Below are positions 52,849 through 64,000 of a stretch of 64,000 bases of DNA, in pieces. The translations under genes were made by a program, and so were the position numbers. Every line of letters starts with the position of its first letter. Position 1 is the first letter of the stretch. The notes below the pieces were generated by a model that saw nothing but the letters and a program-made list of their open reading frames with translations, made no database searches and was not told the origin of the DNA. The DNA comes from Octopus sinensis (lineage: Eukaryota). The stretch is taken from positions 50,406,001 to 50,470,000 of the forward strand of contig NC_043007.1 in NCBI RefSeq assembly GCF_006345805.1. Direction: 5' to 3'.

Positions 52849-53777
52849 AATCAATTCGATTTAAAATTAAATCGATCTAAAATTAATTCTTTTTAAAAAT
52901 ATGGTCACTCATCAGGTCTAAAATAATAAATAATGAAAAAATAATAATAGAATAAATGTACTTAACTTATACTAATTATCAAATAAACTTAAAAGAAAAT
53001 ATGGCCGCAGCTCTGAGCTGAAACTAGAGAAAAAATATTAAAATTACTTATCTAATAAGTTTAGCTAATTTGTGTATATATATAAACCCTGTGTTACGTT
53101 ACTAATTGTTGTAGTTATGATTTGTAGTAGTAAAATGTCTATAAATTAGCACGAGATTATATAGTGTATATTACATAATTAGAATGAGATGAAAATTATA
53201 TGTGTATAAAATAAATAAATTAATTAATGAAAATAGATGAAATTACAGAATTTTAGCTTGATTTATGTTTATTATGTATTTTACATATTTAGCATTTAAA
53301 TTATTTAGACTTTACAATTTTTCCAGTATATGGTATACTAAAGTTAATGTTTTCTTATTCTCACAGATAAAATAATTTTAATAGCTTAAATACATATTTC
53401 TATCTATTTCTTGTATAAATTCGATTTACGCCATATTTTCACGCGATATATTTCTTATAAACGCTAACTTCTACGTATTACGTTTAAATTTTTTAGTTAA
53501 CGAAAATGCTTCGATAAGATAACTTAAGTTTTATTTTAAGAAATATTGTTAAATGTTTTTCGATTATTTATAGTTAATACAAGCATTTTTATATATTTAT
53601 TTGATAATTATTATAAGGTAAGATAAGTACGTTTATTCTATTATAATTTATATTATTATTAATCACTTTAGACATGATGATTGACTATATTTTTAAATAG
53701 ATCGATTTAATTTTAAATCGAATTGATTTTGTTATTATTATCTATTTGAAAATATAGCCGCCAAACGCGCGTAGTCT
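52849..53777. repeat. Older inverted pair of AT-rich hammerhead-bearing units
   Basis: Perfect 31-bp inverted match 52849-52879 / 53698-53728, extending imperfectly ~150 bp inward; left arm has CTGATGA on minus (52915-52909) and is cut within stem II. Confidence 0.8.
53670..53777 (+). ncRNA. Complete but mutated type I hammerhead (C3A, G10.1U, G12C)
   Basis: AGAC-ATGATGA; 22-bp stem II 53681-53702 / 53740-53761 (2 mismatches); CAAA-C-GCGC-G-TA; GTCT closes stem I. Confidence 0.7.
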
Positions 53778-53902
53778 TTTTACTAGTATTTATTATTTAT
53801 TGTACTTTATGATTTTTACGGTAAGGTTTTTATAGTATATGTTTTCTATATGGTGTGGATAACATCTTTCATTATTGAATTGTTTAATAGAGGTTTTTGT
53901 CT

Positions 53903-53953
<51 letters not shown>

Positions 53954-54666
53954 TATACATATATATATAACTAATACATATATATATATATGCATATATA
54001 CATGCATATATGTGCATACATACATATATATATGTATATAGCTATGCATATATGGATACAGGATGTCACAAAGCGTAAACAACATGAAATACGAAAATAA
54101 AGTTGGGTACACAAAGAACGAGAGAAACAAACACCAAACAAGACAAGTAACATAAAAAATGACTCTTCATCAGTTGTCGGCTGTCCTTTTACTCCTTATT
54201 TCGAGCATACACACAAAAGGGCATATATGTATGTGTGTATGTGTATATGTATGTATGTATGTATTTATGTATATCTGTATGTGATGAGGAGGTGGAGGTG
54301 AGGGGAGGAAGAGGAGGAGGGCGGCGATGACGTCTAGTACGATAACAGCGATTATAATGGTGATGATGATGATAAAGATAATGATGATAATAAAGGTGAA
54401 CTAACAATCATCATCTGTAGCTATAATTTCTGTTTGTCTGCTGTTGTTCACGTGACCAAATCCAGTGAATGCTGATTTCAGTGGTTGCTTCGCTAAACAA
54501 TAACCATTAATGACACTACACACAACCCTCCAGTAAATAAACAGGAATTATAAAACCATATTGTAAGACCAAACTTTCGTAGGATGGTGGCAAGTATATC
54601 ATATTGCATACAACGTGGTCACCCTCTCTCCCTCTCTCTCTATGTCTCTGTCTGTCTCTCTCTCTG

Positions 54667-54701
<35 letters not shown>

Positions 54702-55493
54702 TGCACACTCTGTCAGTCGGTCGTTAACATCGTCCATCATAAATAACTTAACGTCACTTGACACGCCCAACATCGAACACGAACAAATGGCATCACCGAT
54801 CAACATCACCAACACCAACACCATAACTGGCAGCACCACTACAATTATCAACACTCCTACCGGTCCTATCACCACTGCCACCACCACCACCGCCGTTTCC
54901 TTCTCCGTCACAACTTTACTGTGAACATTATTAACACAAAAAAAATAACCACAAAAGAAGAAAGCACTTATGGATAGGCTGTGTGGTTGCTAGACCTGCT
55001 GGAAATAGCTGTCAAAAGACTGAGAACCACAGCTAACCATCTTTAATTAGACACATTGTAGTACGTTGAACAAGATAGAAAATATTAGGTAAAAGCATTA
55101 TGGATGTCGACGGCTGCAATGTTTCCTTAGTGGTGAACTGATGTTGAACAGCAACAACAACTGCAGCGACACCATAATCATCGATAACAATAGCAATGAA
55201 AGTACCCACCACCACCACCACCACCACCACAACAACAACAAAACAACCGTAGCGTCAACAGTAACAACATCACCAACAGTAATGGCAACAAAATAAAAAA
55301 TAATCACACTACAAAGGGAGGTAACCATTCACTCGTTCATTACTAATTATGTCACACCATACACAAATATCATTTCATTTATCTTTCCGCTACAGTGGAC
55401 ATCCAAAGCTTTTAATATGAATGAACGTGATTTTGACGCACCTGCGATCATGCTTGTATACGCACACACACACACACTCACATACACACACAC

Positions 55494-55527
<34 letters not shown>

Positions 55528-55720
55528 ACATACACACAAACACACACACATACATAAGAGCAAGCACGAATGCACTCATATATAGATAAATAAACATTCA
55601 TGTACATATTCACACATGTAAACAGACTCAACTCTACCAGCAAAAATACATACAAGCATACACAGATGTGCTTACATACACACAAATACACACAAACATA
55701 CAGCGTATGCATATACATAT

Positions 55721-55759
<39 letters not shown>

Positions 55760-55827
55760 AAACAATATTATATATATATATATACATAAATGCACACATT
55801 TATTATATACACACATAACGTGTGTGT

Positions 55828-55923
<96 letters not shown>

Positions 55924-56151
55924 GGGAGTATAACTCCAAACTTACAGGGAAAAATTCAATTTAGTATTAAATCAAATTTCATAATATAAATATATAAAAT
56001 ATATATTAGAGAAAAAAATGATATTATGCAATTCAAACAATGATAGACATAAACCAAATCATGAATAAAAAATAGAATATATTTTTATAAAATATATAAC
56101 TAGATCATAAAATGTATAAAAATGAATAATCAATATATAATATGTAAAAAA

Positions 56152-56252
56152 AACTACGTACGCTTCATGGCTATAATTAAATTCGAATTGCAATTAAATT
56201 TAAATTTAATCGAAAATCAATTCAATTTAAAATTATAGACACTCTTCGGGTT
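56152..56252 (-). ncRNA. Long-stem-II hammerhead relic (U4C, GAAG) in AT-rich repeat 55921-56520
   Basis: AAC-CCGAAGA-GTGTCTATAATT...ATTATAGCCAT-GAAG-CGTACG-TA-GTT; 56215-56235 matches 52849-52869 at 20 of 21 positions. Confidence 0.55.
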
Positions 56253-56999
56253 AAACAATAATACTTAAATAAATAAGTAAATAGAGCTAAACAATATCTA
56301 TTAAAAAATAAATTAAATAAAAAAATTATTTTTCTTATAGAAGAAACTCTATTAATTAAATTTGAAACTTAAAACATTAGGATCAGTTTCCTACAAAACA
56401 TTTATTATGTTAAATATTTAAGGTAAAAATAGAGTAAATAGACAGAAAAATATATTTATCTGTGAAGATATAATTTAGCTTAATAAAAATATTAATAAAC
56501 CTAGTTATACTCTAATAGGTTTTTAAATTGGTACTTTCAAATACATATATCTACTTGCCTCTTGACCGCTCTGGGTATAATTTTTCGATGACATAGTACT
56601 ACGTGTCATACTTCTACAATTGTTTCTTTTACTAAACATTTATATTTAGGTTTTCCTTGCTCATCACGACATTTGTAAAATCATGAGTAATATGTAAAGC
56701 AGTGTACTTTTTGTTACCGTGTTGTTATTGATTACAGTCGATCTTAGTGAGATTTCCAGTCAGAATGTAAAGAAATATTTAATCAGGTATTCCTCTACAG
56801 GTCTTGTTATCAACAACATTAATGTCAAAGAAACCACACTGGGGAATAAGTGAAATCCACAAAAACAAAAACGATGAAGGCCTATTGGCTGCATATTGTT
56901 GTTAAGGTCAGTCAAGAAAGGCGGGACTCCTAATCGAAAGTATTTGTGGTTACAGTGAATAATTTATCAAAACAGGCTTATCTAGAAATGGAAATAATT

Positions 57000-57800
<801 letters not shown>

Positions 57801-58303
57801 AAAAAATGAAGGAAATGAGAAAGTAAATGATCGTAATACTGCCGATAACTAGTGGAGGGTTGGGAACAGTGAAAAAAGATCTGAAACAAACTTCGGAAAA
57901 CTTGATCTTAATCTGGTGGGCTAGGAAATGGAAACTGTGTTGTTAAATCGGCTTCCTCGAATCTTGTGAATTAATTTACGGTATGGGTAACATTGTTAAA
58001 CTTGATCTTTATTTAAAAAAAAGAACTTGCTCAAGGGACATGACACGAAGCCTGTTGAAATTCAGTTCTAATAATACCTTGTTAATTAAGTCTGAAGTTG
58101 CTTTCTTCTTCTTCGTTGCTGCTCTTTCTTTCTTTCTTTCTTTAAGATTTATTGGAGTTAAGATTTCTATCAAGGGAGATGACTCCATATCTGTAGCTAT
58201 TCATTTACAACTATGACCGTTAGCATGAAAAAGATGGCATAGATACAATGACGGTGATATTTGCGGTGATGGTGGTCTTGACAGCAGCAGCAGCAATGGT
58301 GGC

Positions 58304-58400
<97 letters not shown>

Positions 58401-59319
58401 TGTGTGTATGTGGGAATGGGTACAAGGATAGGAAAATGCAGATTAGTCATTCGATGAATGCAGGATGTGAGTGACGAAATAGATGCATAATTATGTACAA
58501 CTGTGATTCAAGCGTGTGTGTATGCAAGTATACATACATATATACATAAAGACATAAATACATACGTGCGGCTGTGTATGCGAGCATCAATATGCAGTGT
58601 GATGTGCTAAGCAGATTTGTATAGTTTAATATGTACGTTCAACGGCTAAATACTTCAGACATTGAAATCTATCCGTGTTTCCTTGTAATCTATATCTGCC
58701 ATTGATCCTCACTCCAGATATTGATGCTGCTTTTCTAAATACAGCCGAATCCTTCCTCGTATTCCCCCTCCTCTTCCTCCTTTTTATGTTTGATATATCA
58801 CTTCAAAATAAAACTCCCCTCTCTTTCTCTATATCCGTCTCTCATATTTTCCATGCCTCTTCCCTCCTTCCCTCCCTTTCTCGGTCTATCTCTCCATCTT
58901 AACATCTTCCAGACCAACCCCTAACCCCATCCATCTAGCCCTTTTATTCATATATTCTTCTCAAATGTCATGTGATATTGTCTCATCTCTCTAGGACGGA
59001 CTTAAAAATTATTGCTGCCGCTGGTGGTTGGTTCTACCTATGTTAATGGCTGTTGTGGTTGTCGTTATGTTTATATTGATGTTGGGACCGTTATTGGTGT
59101 CACCGCCTTTTGTACTTTTGTTATTGGCGTTGTTACTATTGTTGTTGTGATTATGGTATTACTGCAGATGTTATTGTTGCTGCTGCTGCTCTTGTTGTAA
59201 GGGCTGCTAACTCTGTTGTGGTGGTAATGCTGGTTGATTTTTTTTCCGCGATGGTAGTGATGGTGTTGGTAATGGTGATTGCTGTAAAATATGCTGTTAG
59301 CATTGGTGGTGACGGTGAT

Positions 59320-59430
59320 CGCGGGGTCGGCTTGGACTTCATTAGTAGCATTAACTTGGAACTCCTTTGTAGATTCAGGTTGCAACCTATTAGTTGAATC
59401 AAGTTGAACCCTATTAGTAGGGTCAAGTTT
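59320..59430 (-). repeat. Degenerate 24-bp tandem repeat (about 4.5 units)
   Basis: Units 59407-59430, 59383-59406, 59359-59382, 59335-59358 read KLDPTNRV-QLDSTNRL-QPESTKEF-QVNATNEV-QADPA. Confidence 0.7.
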
Positions 59431-59893
59431 ATAAATCACATTAAAGTTGACTAGGACTTTGAGGTTTCACCATATTGGCTTATTCAAGCACTGAATTTGT
59501 TTACAGGGTTTTGTAAGAACTCAGTACTTGGAAAAGACTATAAAAGTATAAGAAGTATATGTATCTAAGAAATGTATGCACCAACAACCTTTCTTTAAGT
59601 GAAGACAAATGGCTTTCAATTGAGTGCTATAGTATTCAGTAGTGAACATAATATTTAAGTTAAATTTGTTGAATTTATTTAAAGGCTGAAAAGTTAGGGT
59701 AAGAAGAAAAAGAAACAAAGAAAAAATGACATAAAGAAACAAGAACTAAAAGTTTTGTTGAGAAAACGCGAATACGAAGGAAGTCGAGAAGAGAAGGAAA
59801 TCATAACTCAAACATCAAAAGTATGTATGTATGTATGTATGTATGATGTAGGTATGTGTGTGTGTATATATATATATATGTGTATATATATAT

Positions 59894-59945
<52 letters not shown>

Positions 59946-60911
59946 TATATATATCTATCTATCTATATATGTATATATATATATATAAGTTTTATCTTTA
60001 CAAATGTGAGAAATTGAACCCAATACTTAAATGAGAGTATAAAAGATGGAATACGTAAGTTTTTGTGTACTTTAGTGTATGTGTGAGGTGTGTGTGATGT
60101 GCGTACATTAGATGTCAGCGTTGCTTGGATTCTTATTTTCACATCATTCCTTCTTGTTTCACGCTAATTATTTGGTTTGTATTCTACAGAAAACCCATTC
60201 CCTTTCTTAATACAATTTGTGAATCTACGAGTTCCATGTGTAAAAGCAGGCTGAACTACAACATAGATTAGCATCCTTCTAAAACCAACCATAGATGAAG
60301 TTTCCAAGGGTTTTCTTCATACCGCTGATGTCAAGCTTCAGAGTCCATATTGTAGTCACGTGATTACTGGGATTTGTCATCGTCAAGCTAAAAGCATATA
60401 ATTACATTTTGTCACGGAAGTTATTAAGCGTTGAACTGTGTGTGCTTCTATCCATGTGTATATGTACATATGGGTTATTGCATGCTGGTTATATATGTGT
60501 ATGTGTGAGTGTGTGTGTGTGTGTTGTGTGTGTGCGTGTGTGTGTGTGGGCTCGCGTGCCCGTGTGCGTGTGCGTGAGCGCGAGTGTGCATGTCTGCACG
60601 TGTGTGAGTGGAGTGTGTTTGTATGTGTGTTTTTCTTTGTACAAAGAAACATATTTGAACAAACACAAGCGCACATCATTGATCTATACATGATGCTGCT
60701 AGATATCCAGAGAACGCACATAGATATCCACAGAAAGTTATACGTACAAATATACTCACGCGCATAGACACGTTACTTATTATATATGTAATATGTATAC
60801 ACACGCACATTCGTGTGCGTATATTTACATGTGTGTGTGTATGTATGTGTATACATATTACATATATAATAAGTAAAATGTGTCTATTGCCTGTGAGTGT
60901 ATTTATACGTG

Positions 60912-61003
<92 letters not shown>

Positions 61004-61097
61004 TATATGTATGTATATATATAACATATAAAATCTACTAAAATAAAAATTATGAAATAACTATTATTTATACTTTGTCTTGTATATGACTCTGTAT

Positions 61098-61138
<41 letters not shown>

Positions 61139-61854
61139 GTAACTGGGGGCGCAACCATGGATTCACAATATAGAAGGTTATAAGCTATAACCTCAGATCT
61201 TGTCACACGAATACGCGGAGTACTTCAGTAATTTGAACAATATTGTTAGCTTGGTGAACTAACAAAGAGCTTATTTTGCCTGGATTGATAATATCTCGCT
61301 AATAACTCAGTTAAACACATACACACACACGCACGCACACACACATACACAGGCACACACACACACACATATATATATGAGAAGAAAAGAAAATGAAGAT
61401 TGAGAAGTTAATAATTGTTTATTATTAACAGAAAATTAATCAACAATCCTTACATCTGTTATAATTAATACTTAGTAAATATTAAGTAAATATTAAATTA
61501 TATCACCTGAGCATATCTTCAGAGGGAAAAAATATATACCCTTGGATGTTTTATATGAGTTTATGGATGCATGAGATTAATATGACGTCTAATCGAACTA
61601 AAAATTGATTTGCTTTTCGCAGGAAGGAAAGTTTCTATCGAAGATACGTCTCGCCTTCACCTTCGAAACGTAGAGTAGATGAAACCATGGCGACTGAAGA
61701 AGGGGTTTTTTCATTGTGTTATTTGTCCTGTACTCATATATGCGTGTATATATACATGTAGAGGTAGGTACGTACATATATGTATATATATATGCATATG
61801 TTTTATTTATTAATATATATATATATGTGTGTGTGTATATATGTGTGTATATGT

Positions 61855-62160
61855 GGAGGCGCAATGGCCCAATGGTTAGGGCAGCGGACTCGCGGTCGCA
61901 GGATCGCGGTTTCGATTCCCAGACCGGGCGTTGTGACTGTTTATTGAGCGAAAACACCTAAAAGCTCCACGACGCTCCGTCAGAGGGTGGTGATCCCTGC
62001 TGTACTCTTTCACCACTCTTTCTCCCACTCTTTCTTCTGTTGGTCTGCTCGCTTAGCCAGCGGGGTGGCGTCATTCGAAGGCTAAAGCAGTGCGAATGCA
62101 TTGTGACCAGCGATGTGTAGCAGCATCTGATGGTCTGGTTGGTCACGTGATCACGTGATA
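61855..62160 (+). mobile_element. tRNA-derived SINE family C, well preserved
   Basis: ggaggcgcaatggcccaatggttagggcagcggactcgcggtcgcaggatcgcggtttcgattcccagacc (A and B boxes), unique body, (cacgtgat)2 tail; not a foldable tRNA. Confidence 0.85.
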
Positions 62161-62211
62161 TGTGTATATATATATATATATATACATATATACATATACA
62201 TATGCATACAT

Positions 62212-62298
<87 letters not shown>

Positions 62299-62392
62299 CA
62301 TATATGCATATATATACATATATATATACATATATATATATATATAATATATATATATATATATAATATACATATATATATATACATATATA

Positions 62393-62436
<44 letters not shown>

Positions 62437-62727
62437 GAAGGTTTGAAAATGCAGTTTTAAAAGATGTTTATTCACTTGACTGATTTCACATTTTTAGAAA
62501 TAGATTGTCAAAAGTAAAATGTAAAAGCTTTGTTGTGTTAAGTACTGGTTGTCACAAAATATTACAATTCATATATACATTCTTTGATAATAATAAGAAA
62601 ATGTTAAAAACAGTTTACAGGAAAAATCTTGAGAAAATATTAAAAAGTTCGTTAAAAATTATATATACATATATACATACACACACATATATACATAGTA
62701 TATATACGTACATACATTATATACATA

Positions 62728-62765
<38 letters not shown>

Positions 62766-63669
62766 CAGAGACAGGTACACTCATCCATCCATCTATACAT
62801 ACGCATACACAGAAACATATATAGACGCATGCAAGTACATATATAAATACATGCATGTGTGTCTTTGTGCATGTGTGCACTCATGGCTAATTTATCTATC
62901 TCTTTAGCTTCATATCCACCCACCCATAACGCAGTAAATTCCCGACTCTATTTAAATGAACAAACTCTGAATCATGTTTTCAGAGTTTTTTCTTTCATTC
63001 GGTAATCCAAGATCGCATATGTCTGTCGGGAATTTTAGGTCTTTGATTATGACTCTGCAATAAAGTTCATCGTTTACAAGAACTTTTAAACATGTAGTTC
63101 ATTTTTCTTTAGAAAAATATGATTATGATAAAATATAAAAGAATCGAAAACCTTTGGTGTGTGATGAAAAGAACATAAGTTAAATGTTCTAATCTCAGAC
63201 TGTCTGTATATGACAACCGGCAAATATAGTAGCTTTATTCCATGAATGCCAGAAACACCAGTTTATTAAACACTTAATAATAAACAGCAATAATTGTAAT
63301 TAGCTGATAAGGAATTTTTCTGGTAATTTTATCAATTAATATAATAATTGGTTTAGAACATTAGTTGAACTTTAAGATATCTTCGAGACGTTTGCGTTGC
63401 TGAAAAGATTTTACTGCTGTTATTATTGTAGCATGAAGTGTTAACAATATTTTCAAACACAAAGCTTTTAGAAATATTTCAAAACAAATTGTGGTCACAA
63501 TACTAAATACTTCAGTTCAAGATATCCTTAATTTGCTTTAAGTATTGACAGTAAATGTATTTCTGTTGTAACTTCATTTTTAAGATCAGTTCAAAATTGG
63601 TGAGCCAACCGTTTCGATTTCTTTCTCTCTCACTTTCAAACATTTCTACAAGAAATCGAAAGACAATTT

Positions 63670-64000
63670 GGCAACAGTGTTAAAATTACAGTTAATCATA
63701 CTAAAATACTAGTATTAAAACGTTCAGTTAATCCTGCCATGATAATAATAGTAATCATACAGTTAATCTTGCAATAATAACGGTGTTAAAATTTACAGTT
63801 AACCCTGAAATAACAACGGTGTTAAACTTATTATTAAACCTGCAATAATAAGTGTTAAAACTTAGAGTTAATCCTGAAATATCAGTGTTAAACGTACAAT
63901 TTATCCTGAAATTTTAAGTGTCATTCTGCAATAATAGTTTTAAAGTGAACAGTTAATCCTTCAATAAACAGAGTGTTAATAATAGTTAATCCTCCAATAA
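63670..64000. repeat. Degenerate ~36-bp minisatellite running off the window end
   Basis: Units resembling gtgttaaaatttacagttaatcctgaaataataac. Confidence 0.75.

Noticed and set aside
52849-53728. MITE interpretation of the perfect 31-bp inverted repeat
   Set aside because: No TSD; the right arm continues seamlessly into a hammerhead and the left arm is simply truncated.
54160-54206. GCTC-GAAA...CTGATGA-AGAGT on minus as a type II hammerhead
   Set aside because: Core pieces are present but no stem I pairing can be drawn.
61448-61525. CTGAAGA with AT-rich hairpin and GTA-AGG on minus
   Set aside because: The GAAA element is absent; at best a deleted relic, so it was not counted.
61855-61930. 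tRNA gene
   Set aside because: A and B boxes are present but there is no closed acceptor stem, and the sequence continues into a SINE body.

Overview
AT-rich, microsatellite-saturated animal genomic DNA. The SINE, LINE and microsatellite content resembles an octopus/coleoid cephalopod genome (inference from recalled repeat families, not a search). No host protein-coding gene, rRNA, true tRNA or CRISPR array can be supported; nearly all long ORFs in the track are microsatellite translations. Supported content: a 5'-truncated RTE LINE with a target-site duplication (24013-26730, minus), a pogo-type DD35D transposon with both ends (46701-48546), a probable Sola2-like 5' fragment, relics of Tc1/mariner, R4/Dong, Tx1/L1 and RTE-X, many tRNA-derived SINE copies of about three families, Helitron/Helentron-type repeats, a probable solo LTR and minisatellites. 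The most unusual signal is about a dozen type I hammerhead ribozyme (HHR) motifs of the Penelope-like-element/retrozyme kind. Three times they form head-to-head inverted pairs (5281-6587, with 529-bp near-identical arms and intact ribozymes; 52097-52262; 52849-53777). Seven are concentrated in 51.6-56.3 kb, several carry non-canonical cores (A3:U8, U6, U4C), and most have a (TA)n tract on their 3' side. All folds and coordinates were read by hand and need computational confirmation.
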